This document shows, in pieces, positions 24,938 through 36,456 of a stretch of 46,274 nt of DNA (positions within the stretch are counted from its first letter, which is position 1; each line of letters starts with the position of its first letter). The stretch covers positions 1 to 46,274 of the forward strand of contig JAAPAO010000256.1 of the NCBI GenBank assembly GCA_013115145.1, written 5' to 3'. The DNA comes from Perkinsus chesapeaki ATCC PRA-425. Taxonomy: Eukaryota; Protista; Perkinsozoa. The notes under the pieces are model-generated. The model did not search any database, was not told where the DNA came from, and was given only the letters and a program-made list of their open reading frames with translations. The position numbers were made by a program, and so were the translations under genes.

Positions 24938-26226
24938 TTATGCAGTAGTAGCGGCGGTACTAGTAGCTGATGATGATGCCGCTGCTGCTGCTTGCTTGGT
25001 TGAAGCATTACGATCAACTGCTGCTGCTGCTGTTGATTGGGGAGCATTATCATGAACACTACTTGGGAATGGATCATACACCAACTAAGATGAATTATGA
25101 TACACTTATTATAATAGTGTTATTACCTTTCTCATTAAATGATAGAAAGCAGTGGATGCTAGACAGACATTGACAAGTGCCAAATTGTAGTTGACTGGAG
25201 TAATAACAAATGACCATCTCGCCCAGATTACACCTACAAACAAAAACAACAAGAGTAATAATACCATTATATTATAATATTACCAGTAGCAAATAGTGCA
25301 AGTTGTTGTGGTATACTAACCTTTTCAACAGGTCTCTTATAATCAACTAAGTTAGCAGCAGATATACCCCATTTAATAGCTGGTGCCCAAAAGAATATAG
25401 TAAATGGGCCAGCTGGATACATAAGGAATTTACGAAGTAATTCTGGCATAGGTAAAGCACATATCTTAGATTGAAGTTTAAGTACTGGATGGAAACCTAA
25501 TAATAAACCTAACATTAATATTATAATAATAGTATATTTACCTTTAATGGCAGCCTTAGCAGTATTAGCTGCAGGTGTTGCCTTAGCAGCAGCCTTTGCT
25601 ACATTCTCAGCAGTAGTAGTACTAGTTGTAGCCGCCGCAGCAGCAGCAGCCTCTGCTGCTTTAGATGATATATCACTAGTAGCTTTAGCAGCAGCGGCAC
25701 CAGCAGCAGTAGCAGCAAACATAGCCTTACTACCAGTAGATATACTACTAGACATACTCATATTATTGTTCTGTTGAACGGTGGTAGGCGGGGCTTGGGC
25801 TACTAATGCAGGAGACATACCAGCTATTTGCTGAGTACGTTGATCTTTTAGAGCTTTTTGATCACGTTGATATTTTAATGCACGTCCAAGTTGTATCAAT
25901 TGTACACCTTCATTGAATATATGACAATACAATAATAGATAATTCCTAGGTTGAACCATCCAGGCAAATCTCATAAATAATGCGGAGTATACACATAAAG
26001 TACCAGTCATTGGTATGGATATCATATCAGGACCTTGTGTGGTCATATCTAATACACCAGCAGCAACAATACCCCAGTTAGCCATAGGACCCCAAAAATT
26101 GGTAGTCTTCCAGCCCATCTAAAATATATGCCATAATAATATATAATAATAGTAACTACTTACTGTAGGGTCTAGAATGGCAGCTTTACCTTTAAGAAGG
26201 AGACGACGAACAGCAGTTGACGCCAT
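24938..26226 (-). CDS. Single-chain mitochondrial pyruvate carrier (MPC1-linker-MPC2 fusion), copy A
   Basis: ORF 25267-26118 holds MPC1 motifs (GWKTTNFWGPMANW, PRNYLLLYCHIFNE) and MPC2 motifs ([32 protein letters not shown]) in one stop-free frame. Later exons give [21 protein letters not shown] and a stop at 24938. Confidence 0.92.
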
Positions 26227-26606
26227 TTTTTGGAATAATCTTCTACTAATAATAAGATATAAATATTTTGACTAGCTTAAACTAACTCTATAATATTAAA
26301 AGGATACCACCATGTCAACACACAATAACACAATAGCTAGAGGTGTCAGAATACGTTGATAACCCAATCACACATCCTCAAGCGTATTGAAGTCTATTTT
26401 AAAAGGAGGTATGACCAAGAATACAACAAGACACAACAACGCAAACAATTTGTAGCGTTTGCAAAAGTGCGTGAATAATCACCACTTATTTTTGTTGTGA
26501 GTAAATTATTCCGAGAATGGATATTCTTGCACGATTATGTGCTTTACACGGGGAGCCAGTAGAGGAGTCTAGCGTATTTGGTTTGTTGGCGTTTTTGTCG
26601 TTAAAT

Positions 26607-28525
26607 ATGTCGACGCCTAATCCCGAAGAACAAGAACATACTCATAATGATGAGGAACGTGATGATAGGCAAAAGGGGACTGGAGATGGTAATATTGGAG
26701 GTAATAATAGCTATTATAAAGAAGAAGCTAAAGGGGGGTTATTATTAAGGTACTAATAATACAGTTAATAACAAACATAAAGTAATATTATTTATTATAT
26801 TATCATATATAATAATTAATAGGATGATGATGGTAAAGATGCTCCTGAAAGTGCCGTTAAATCCGCTGCTTCACCACCTAAAATGGATAATCCAGATATG
26901 CAAGCTATTGTTAACAAGGTAGTAATATAAAGGGATATAATAGGGATATAATAGTAGTAGGTATGGCCTGCATTAATGAATGAAGTTGAAAAGAAGAGTA
27001 CATCTATGGAACAGGTAATATATCTATTTAGTATTAATAATTATTATTGATAGGATTTGATCAAACGACATAATATTAGAATGATGAATGAGATGCAGGA
27101 GGTAGTCAGACAGATTAAGATAGCTAAGGTTAGAAATGATGAGGTACTACTAGTAGTAGTAATATTATTATATATATTATTATTAATAAAGGTATTAAGA
27201 GCATATCATGCTAAGCATGGTGAACTAACACGTGCAGTGACGGATGTTGTTGAAAAACAACAAACTTTAACAAATGATTTAGATGATGTTAAACGTAAGA
27301 TGGCACAGTTGAAGCAAGAGCTAACCCTAAGGTAATATTATTTTCGGGTTATAGTTGGAATAATGTGGTATAGATGTGGACAGAATACTGAACAGTTGGC
27401 TCAGTTAAAACATACTGTATTTACAGCATGGCAAAAAGAGAAGTCTGATGTACAACAAAGGTAATAATAATATTTAATATCAATAATATCAATTATATCA
27501 TTTAGGGTCACTCAATTATATCGTAGTGATCTAGCACTTGTTTTGCAACAATGCGAGATGAAGCTTAAGGAGAATCATTCACAGGTAGTAGTTGTTGTTG
27601 TTGTCGTTTGTGGTTAAGTAGTATTTAATATAGATTATTGGACTTAAGAAACAATTACGCAAGTTAACTATTAAAGTAGAGGGTGAAAATGGTGCTGCTG
27701 CTGATATTGGTGGTGATGCTGTAAGTTATATATATTAATAATAAGGTAACCAATATTATGGCCTATTAATTAAATAGGTATCTGATGAGGATGATACCGC
27801 TCCTTCGTTTGATCTTACTAAAATATTAACAAAAACTGATACAACAAATGATCAACAACTACAACAGCCATCATCATCATTTACACCATCGGTATGTGTT
27901 GTTATATTATTATTATATTATTATTATAAAAGGGTACACCATCCTCATCGGCAGCAGCAGCAGGAGGAGGAGGAAGTGCAGTAGGATTACATACAACAGG
28001 GCCTGCTACTACTACTGCAACACCTATGTCAACATCATCATTAACACAAACAAAACAACAACAACAACAGGTAGTAGTAGCATTATTATGATATGAATGA
28101 ATATTAAGTATATCAACCGCAGGGTGCCACTCAACAGCAACAACAATCTGCTACAGCTACGAGTACAACAACAGCACCTGCTGCTGCTGGAGCTGGTGGT
28201 GTCAGTAGTGGGGGAATATCCAATATATCAAAGTCGATTGCTGATATGCTTAATAGAAGTATTAACATATATTATTATTAAAGGTAGTATTATTATTAGG
28301 TAGTAATCCTGCAGCAACACAATCTGGTATAGCACAATTAATGGCTAATTTACCAAGACAACAACAAATACAATTACAATTATTAGTACAGCAACAACAA
28401 CAAGCTCGTCAACAGGCACAATTGGCAGCTGCAGCGGCAGCACAACAACAGGTATATAATACTAATAGGTTACGTATTATATATATAGTAGGCAAGAGCT
28501 AATGCTGCACAGGCAGCTATACACC

Positions 28526-28566
<41 letters not shown>

Positions 28567-30425
28567 AAGACACAACAGGCAACAGGACAAGAATGGGGCG
28601 GTATGATACAAGGTAAGTTGTAATAATAAAGTGAGGTAGGTATTATTAATATTATATATTAGCATTAGCTAATAAACTTGGTACACAAGTACCTAATCAA
28701 CAACAACAACAACTAAGTAATAGTTATATATTATTATTACTATGTATTATTATTATAAGCAGCACCTTCTGCATTAACTGCTACTACTCCACCGCCACAA
28801 GCACAAGCACAAGGAACAACACAAGCAACGAAGGCACCCCCAGGAGCTACACCATGCCCCTTCTTTACTACATTCGGATGGTGTAAATTTGGTGATAAAT
28901 GCAGGTAGTTATAATGATAATATATAATAATTATTATATTACTACTAGATATGTACATACATCAACTGGACGTGAACCATTAAGGCATTTACCACCAGCA
29001 ATGATAGCACAATTACAACAACAATTATCAGCTCAGGTACTAGGTATTTATAATATCATAGTAGTAGTAATAGTTGTTGTTGTTGGTGGTGGTGGTTAGG
29101 TACAATCTGGTCAAATAACAGGGTCAGTTGGGCTTACACAGGCCATTGCCGCATCAGCTAGACACGGTGCTCATCAAGCAGCAGCATCAGCAGCAGCTGC
29201 AGCAGCTGTAGCACAGCAACAGGTAATAATATGAATATTTAAATGCTTTTATTATTAATATAAAGGCACCTACTACTAATGCTACTGCTACATCGGCAAC
29301 CTCAACAAATGCTTCTGCTTCTGCTGCGGCGGCGCAACAAACATTGATGGCAGCTCAAATAGCTAGTCAACAAGAGGCTATGAATATGGGAAGAGCTAAA
29401 GCTAAAACATTACCGTGTAAATTCAATTTAATGGGGAGGTAGTAGTAATAATAATATATCATAATATTCATCATCAACATCTTAGATGTGCCTATGGTGA
29501 TCGATGTGCTTATAATCATGATTTGACTGCTGCTGCTACTCCTACTACACAAGCATCATCCCAGCAACAACAACAACAGCAGTCCTCATCTGGGCATGTC
29601 TCTGAACGTTATCTTGATGAAGTACTTGGTAATCTTCAACAACAGCAGAATCGTCATAGAGAAGGAACAGGTACTAATAACGGTATAGAAGTAGTATTAT
29701 TACAATTATTGTTATTATTGTCAGATGCACCTAACAAGAATCGTAGTGGTGGTGGACTAGGTGTTGGTGGCTTTGCGGGTCTACATTTGCCTACTGGTGC
29801 TCAAGCCGATCTTACAGCACAAGCAGCAGCTAAGGCATGGGGTTCACCCGCTCCAGGACCTGCTGCTGCTGGTATACACTCAACAACACCATGGTCTACG
29901 GCAACAACACCACAAGCGGCAGCAGCAGCAGCAGTAGCTGTACCTGGATCAACCTCATCACTAGCATCCTCATCAGCAGCAGCTAAGGGATTAAATAAAC
30001 AACAAAGAGGAGCTCCTACTACTACAGCAGCAGCAGCAGGAGGACAAGGAGAATCGAGGAGTAGTGCTGTACCTGCTCCTCCTCCTCCTCCACCGGGTAT
30101 AGGTGGCGGTAATGAAGATATGGGTATAAGAGATGGAGAAGATGATACTGAATATGATCAATGGAATGCTATGACATTTGATTTGGGTCCAGATAATCAG
30201 CATGATAACCCTAGTGAACATCAACATCAACAACAAACAACGAGTACACAGAATAATAACAACAACAAATCATCATCATCATCAGACTTCACTGGACCGC
30301 CACCAGGTAGTAGTAATAATATGATAGTATATAGTAATATTATTAATGTAGGCCTTGGTATCGGTAAAGGGGGTAATATAGCACCACCACCAGGATTATC
30401 ATCCACCACTAATAATAAAAAGTGA
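26607..30425 (+). CDS. Coiled-coil, Q/A-rich low-complexity protein with one CCCH zinc finger
   Basis: Heptad-rich exons at 27.0-27.7 kb and long Q/A tracts. CKFNLMG|RCAYGDRCAYNH (C-x7-C-x5-C-x3-H) is split by an intron at about 29.42-29.52 kb. The start codon is inferred. Confidence 0.75.
28525..28566 (+). repeat. (CAA)14 coding polyglutamine tract
   Basis: Directly visible, in frame within the CCCH gene. Confidence 0.9.
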
Positions 30426-31053
30426 TAACCATCATCATCACCACCACCATCGTTAAATACTACTACTAGTACTACTACTACTACTACTACTGCTACTACT
30501 AGTTGATTATCATTATCAACATTCTCTTGCTCCTCCTCCCCCTCCTCTTTGTCTTTATTTTTCCTGTATTAGCCTATATCATCCAGGGTTGTTGTAGTTG
30601 TTAGTATTGATAACAACAATACTACTTTTAAAGAAGACTGAAGCAGCAGCAGCATTGGGCACCGGCATGGGGAGCAGGCTATTTTACTGTTGTATTACAA
30701 CAACTACAACTACTACTACTACTACTTGAGGAGCTACTTGCTATCAGTTACCTATACCTTATATCTAGTTCTACCACTACAAACACCAACACCAACAGCA
30801 GCAGCAGCAGGTGGTGGTGGTTGTGGTTTGTCGTGGTGATGATGATAAGTCGTTGTTGTTATTATTGTACGTTGATAGTCTATTCTACTACTCGTTACTA
30901 CTAATGATAATGATTATTGTTCTTTGAAATAATAACAATAGTAACAACATCAATAATCATCATCATTACACCATTTGTTATTTACCATCATTTATTATGA
31001 CTGTTTAGTTGTTGTTATTATTGATAATAGTAAGAGTAGTTATTGTTGTTATA

Positions 31054-32167
31054 ATGAACGTATCGTCTATGATTAAGTGTAATGCATCATCATCATCTTC
31101 AGGTAGAATAAGGTTTTTGTATGCTACAAGGCCACTGTAGTAACTCTAATAATAGTCTAACTTACTCAGTATTACATATTAATAGGTTATTTCTCCATGA
31201 TTTTCGCATAAAAACATCAGCAACGGGATACCCAGCTTATACAGGTTCACAACATCAATTTGTTAGTAAGGAAATACCAGTAATACTATTAAAGAATGTG
31301 CCACGTCTTGGAGTTAAAGGAGAGATAGTTATGGTACGTCGAGGACGAGCTAGACATTTTATGGTAGTATAATAAAATGAATTATAACAATGATAATAAA
31401 GATGATAAGTAATAATAAGATACCACAGAAGCAAGCAGTATACGCAAGCCTTTGGGAGAATGTTGATGCATATGCTGATCCAAGTCTTATTGATAAAACT
31501 GCAGCAACTATAATTGGTATTGGTGTTAAAGGAGAGGTAATAATAATATGATGGTAATACATTTATATTAATTAGTCTCGACCATTTGACTGGGTTAATA
31601 AAATAAGTTTACGTTTCATATGTGAGACCAGAAGTATTAGCGGAGGTGATGGAGATGAAGAAACATTAGCTGAACCATTAACATTTATTGATGTATTAGA
31701 AGCATTGAGTACACAGTAAGTATTTGAACAGTTATTATTATATTAACATCATCAACAACAGACATGAATTGGATATTTTACCCAATCAATTGGAGATGCC
31801 AAGTAAAGGAATAACACATTCCGGTGTGCATGAGGTATATACTACTTGATATAAAAATAAGTAATAAGAAATTTAATAGATAACGATAACTTTACCTTTC
31901 AAAACTTGGACTGGTAATTACAACGTAAAGGTAATATTTGTTACTATCATTTGATGATGACTTGTGGAACGAGAATCCATATAGGTTCATGTAGAGTCTC
32001 GTGCTGCTCTGGAAGCTGCGAGAAAAAGAGCTATTGAAGCGCGAAAAGCTAAACTGGCTGAATTGGCAAAGTTCGATTTCAAGGAGGAAAAATCAATTGC
32101 GTCAGATTTATCGGGCGCATGGGCAGAAGATGAAGATGAAGAAGAGGATAAAACATATCTAATGTGA
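31054..32167 (+). CDS. MRPL9: Ribosomal protein bL9, probably mitochondrial
   Basis: IPVILLKNVPRLGVKGEIVMVRRGRARHFMIPQKQAVYA matches the L9 N-domain. The Ser/Arg-rich N-terminus looks like a presequence. Organelle assignment is inference. Confidence 0.85.
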
Positions 32168-32529
32168 GGAGGGTCTTAAGTATGTCATTATTGCCGGTTA
32201 CAGGAATCCTCGACGGGCCGAATATAAAGCATGGATGAAACGGAAAGCGGAGGAGACAGCAAAAGGAAGTGATGTGTTGAGGGATGAATGAATGATCATG
32301 TGTTTCTGATTCAATATTATCTTGGGTTAATCGAGTAGTCTTACTAATAATATATTAACAAACTAGAAACAATATAGCATTCTATGAAACTGGAATGTAA
32401 AGCAAAGTTGTATGTAATATAAAACTACTACATTAATAGACTAAATCTAGTTTGAATAGTTGATAAGATAATGGATTGACTTTAATGGTGTAGATCTGAA
32501 ACGAACATCATATAATTATCATCACTCAT

Positions 32530-32937
32530 CTAACGCCAACATCTATCCTCGGATGTTCTATCTTTAATAATGATGGGGAATTCCATTTTATAAATATTAT
32601 ATTCATTCCTCTTCATCGTAACATAAACCTCATGTTTGCCGACCGTAGCCATAGCAGCATCGATAGTGAAGTCCATTCGTATGCTTCCAATATCATAAGG
32701 ATCAGTAGCATTTACCACTACTTTTGGGTAAAGTGTTAACCCGGGAACCGGAAGGTGTGTATCCACTTCAACTCTTATATGAGTGTCGACCAGTCCCAAA
32801 CAGTCGAAACTATAAGACCCATTTTTGGTTTCGAGGCTTTCAACACAAAATGGAGTACACTTCTTCAACATGCATTCTACACCACCAACACTTTTACCTA
32901 TGTATAGTCCCAGAAGGATAATTTCATAAACTTTCAT
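32530..32937 (-). CDS. Intronless hypothetical, probably secreted protein (about 135 aa; the frame is open upstream to 33171)
   Basis: MKVYEIILLGLYIGKSVGGVEC resembles a signal peptide and is followed by a beta-rich, Cys-containing region. No family recognised. Confidence 0.55.
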   Translation of the reverse strand: MKVYEIILLGLYIGKSVGGVECMLKKCTPFCVESLETKNGSYSFDCLGLVDTHIRVEVDTHLPVPGLTLYPKVVVNATDPYDIGSIRMDFTIDAAMATVGKHEVYVTMKRNEYNIYKMEFPIIIKDRTSEDRCWR

Positions 32938-34615
32938 AATCATAACAAAGGATATTTTCGGTGCTATGGTTTTATTGGCCGCCGTGACAGCAACTCGCGT
33001 CACAGCAACCCTCCAGCGCTCGCCCAATATTCGATATTCCCATTGATAGTTCAATGGCTTCAAAGACTTCTCAATTATACAATGTGATCTTGAAGTTTCG
33101 GTTAGCTTTTGGAAGGGATACTTTCGTGGAGCTGCTCTTTTACTGAGACTATGAGTGCTGGTGGCGCGCATTCAGCACGTTTATGGATGCGCGGGGATCA
33201 TGTGCACGCCTCGTGGGTGACGTGTGTTGTCGCGTGTTCCACTTCTTAAAGAGCAACTCTAAGTTCCTTGACGCCCTAGATGTGATTGGCAAGTCATTTA
33301 ACCGACACGAAGCAATAGAATTGAATAGTACTAGCAGCCATGAGAGACTCTCTGAGAGCGAGTATCCCTGTAAACAAGAGCTAAATGCTGAAGCCAGTCT
33401 GTACGTGTGCGCATCAGCCACTCTGGCGCATGAGTGTGGATGTTCTAGTATAATCACAAGAGATTACTGTACCTGCAGACTTCCTACTTTTACTAATCGT
33501 TGTCTTCTCCCTCTAGCTCTCTGATAGAGCTTGTATTGACCTGTATTCTCATATTTACTCGTCAGTGCGTACTTGTCTCTTTCGCTAATATCCACTGTTG
33601 CCCGTATAACTCAGGAGCCACCTGTCAGCGGGCTCGCACAGCATACCCTTCCCCACCGTTGGACACTGTCCAGGAAGGCATGTGGTCAACTGGGCAGGAT
33701 GCCCAACAGCACTACTAATATAGGCGGCGCACTGAGTCAAACAACATGTCCGATTAGTGATTACAGTAGCAACAGCTCATCTTTAAAAATCAACATAGCC
33801 TTAAAAAACTAGATATGCCTCAAGGGAAATATCACGACTTGGCTTGAGCCACTCATAAAGCCTCAGTTGGTTAACGACTCAATGCTTCTACTGAACATAC
33901 AATATCTCTACAAGTACGCAGCAACGTGCCTGCCCCCGAACCGTTGTCTAGACTGTCCTCTTCTTCTGGAGTGCTTCATGACGAAGCACGGGTTCATTCT
34001 CGGGTTTGTTAATTGGGAATAATTGGGCTACGTGATGACGCAGTGCGCAAGGGTGTTTCAAACCAAGTGAGAGGTACTCTGGAGTCTTATGGTTAGAAGG
34101 TAAACTTCAACCGTTTAAGAGGAGAAGATCGAAGACGAAGCCGTGATACGTATCTGCCTCAATTCGTATTCAAGGTTGTTGGTGGATGCTTGCCGATTAC
34201 GAAACCGACTGAATCCATCCCTTCCATCAAGTGGGCAGCTCCCTCCTGCGCGGCACTCCAGGATCCTGGACCAGAGGCGCTTCACCCTGATAGCGAAGCG
34301 CTAATTCTTCTTACGAGCGGAAAGCCAGTCGCTCATGGACTGGCTTTATCAGAACAGACCATGATCATACTGGCTGCCGACTCGGAAGAACCTTCGAGTA
34401 GTTCCTTAAATTATGGCTCGTAATGGGCCAACGATTTGTGGCAGCAGAAATATGTGAGTTACCGTCTTATCGATCATGACTTCATATCCGTTGGATATGT
34501 GGAGTGGATGGATATCATCCATAGGGAATCACTTCACACACTTCTCTCCGAACTTATTCCATACTTGATTACTCTCATAGACCTACCTTCGACTTTAAAG
34601 TGTAACTAGCTTACG

Positions 34616-34888
34616 ATGGTGGTTAACATCAAGATCAAACAAATCTTTATTCGACAGTTGAGTTGAGCTCACTTTGGCTACCCTTATATAGTAAATCGCT
34701 GCAGCGTTTGAACATGACCATGATTCTGAAGTTGTTCTTTGTTACTAAGAAACGATTCTACCTTTTCTGATCGTCAGGTAGAAAGTGACGGAGCAACTTT
34801 GAAGGTGAATACAGTTAGAGTAGAATTTCATGGAGCTGTTTCACTCACCGCCAAGCAGAAGACCAAAACCTATGGGATAAGGAAATGA
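34616..34888 (+). pseudogene. Degraded paralogue of the 35721 gene
   Basis: About 34541-34695 aligns by eye with about 35645-35782 (TCCGAAC..TGATTACT.TCAT..GATGGTGGTTA..AAGAT.AAACAA.TCTTT.TTC..ACTTTGG.TACCCTTATATA). A short AGTTG-repeat insertion creates a stop. Downstream ESDGATLKV resembles EDGGATFTV. Confidence 0.65.
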
Positions 34889-35720
34889 ATTATTCAATTG
34901 ATATCCGTACTGTATTTCTGAGGTTGCTGAGGGTGTGAGCATGATGCATGTTTCATGAACATCAGTGCTTAGCCCGGTCTTATGCATGTATCGCTGTTGC
35001 ACCCACACCGCAGTCCTCTAGCACCAATTAACCGCAAAACTGTGTCTACTAATCGACCTATCGAATAGTGTCCTGGTTAGTCGAAGTCATAGGGCCCAAC
35101 AGGGTCATAGAATCATTCTCCGTTGCCCCTTAAATTTGGAGAGACGAGTCGGGCAGCAACCAAGTGCGTAAATAACTAGACAATGGTTAATCCCGCTGCA
35201 GCAGGTACGTAACCTACATGCCAGGGTGGAGCAGCACCAGTCGCAGACTGTCTGGAAAGGTATCTTACAACAATTTGAAGGTAGTTCCAACCTCAAGCCC
35301 TTAAGCCTCGATACTAGAGACTGAAAGAAGCACGCCACCGGGGAAAATACCCATATATCAATCTAAGCTCGAATCCAATAGCATTTATGGATGTCTGCTG
35401 ATTACAAAGCGGATTGGCACTTGAACGTTACGAGGCGCATCATGGAACGGCTCGGTGCTCCACCAGTACAATTCCCCTAACTGCAAAACGCTAAAAACAG
35501 GGAGCAATTAACAAGCAGTCGTACACTGAGGTTTATTACGACAGGTCACAGTTAGGTTGATAAGTATCATAGTTCAGGTGCATTTTGTGAGTGTAGAAGT
35601 TTCCTGGCGAGCTATTCTACCCATAGGAAATCAGTTCAAGGGCGACTTCGATCCGAACACATTTCTCAGGTGATTACTTTCATTGGCCAACCTCCTACTT
35701 TGAAGTTTAACTAACTTAAG

Positions 35721-36194
35721 ATGGTGGTTAGCGGCAAGATTAAACAAGTCTTTGTTCAACTTACTTTGGTTACCCTTATATATTCAGTAGCCTCAATCAT
35801 TGGCATTTATATGATGGGCTGTGGTCATGAACTCATTAAATGTCCAAACCCGCTCGGTATCTACCAGGGTGAAGATGGAGGGGCAACATTTACAGTGATT
35901 ATCGATGGTACCACGGCAGATTATCAGCTATATGGGAAGCTGACCTTTGCTAAGAACGGCAAATCTATGACTTGCAAAGATTGTACGTTTACTTTCGAGC
36001 GCGAGACCGGTTACGTCAGTAATAACTGTGGCCAATCGTTCGACAGCTGCCTTAAACCACTACTGGAGCTTGTCGGATGGACTACAGACTACTATCCATA
36101 TATCTCCTGTTATGACGATGGTACGATGTACTTCGTTGAATTGATAGAACCAAATGGTGCTGCGTGGAGCGTTGAGCTCGAGAGGGCTCGTTGA
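35721..36194 (+). CDS. Intronless Cys-rich secreted-type hypothetical protein (157 aa)
   Basis: Hydrophobic N-terminus (VFVQLTLVTLIYSVASIIGIYMMG), eight Cys and a clean single ORF. Confidence 0.7.
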   Translation: MVVSGKIKQVFVQLTLVTLIYSVASIIGIYMMGCGHELIKCPNPLGIYQGEDGGATFTVIIDGTTADYQLYGKLTFAKNGKSMTCKDCTFTFERETGYVSNNCGQSFDSCLKPLLELVGWTTDYYPYISCYDDGTMYFVELIEPNGAAWSVELERAR

Positions 36195-36217
36195 GCTCGA
36201 GAGGGCTCGTTGAGCTC
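36171..36217 (+). repeat. 19-nt tandem repeat GTTGAGCTCGAGAGGGCTC, about 2.5 copies, spanning the stop codon
   Basis: Directly visible. Confidence 0.95.
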
Positions 36218-36456
36218 AGATTCGTGAAGCCGCCAGCTGGTTTCAGCTGATGATGATGCTGTTGATGGTGGTGGTGGTTGTACCCACTCACTCTCCCAAA
36301 GAGTGGTCTCACAAAGAGACCAGAGTCCTGGTCTGTCTTTTGTCTGTTTGTACAATTACTCTCATTTGATACCATTTCTTACAATATTGACTAACCTCAA
36401 ATAATGATTATCGGTTTATTGTTGGCCCTGTTATGAGGAGAAGCTAATAGATACCT

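Noticed and set aside
30430-31050. Low-complexity stretch between the CCCH and bL9 genes as a possible minus-strand gene
   Set aside because: I could not assemble a consistent start, splice path and stop.
32642-32652. ACCGTAGCCAT, matching the 5' half of the Perkinsus/dinoflagellate spliced leader
   Set aside because: Only 11 nt, lacks the TTGGCTCAAG half, and lies antisense inside a coding region (ATG GCT ACG GTC). Chance match.
33149-35500. Short ORFs in the island as possible retrotransposon or transposase remnants
   Set aside because: I found no RT (YxDD), integrase/DDE, gag zinc-knuckle, LTR or TIR signature by eye.
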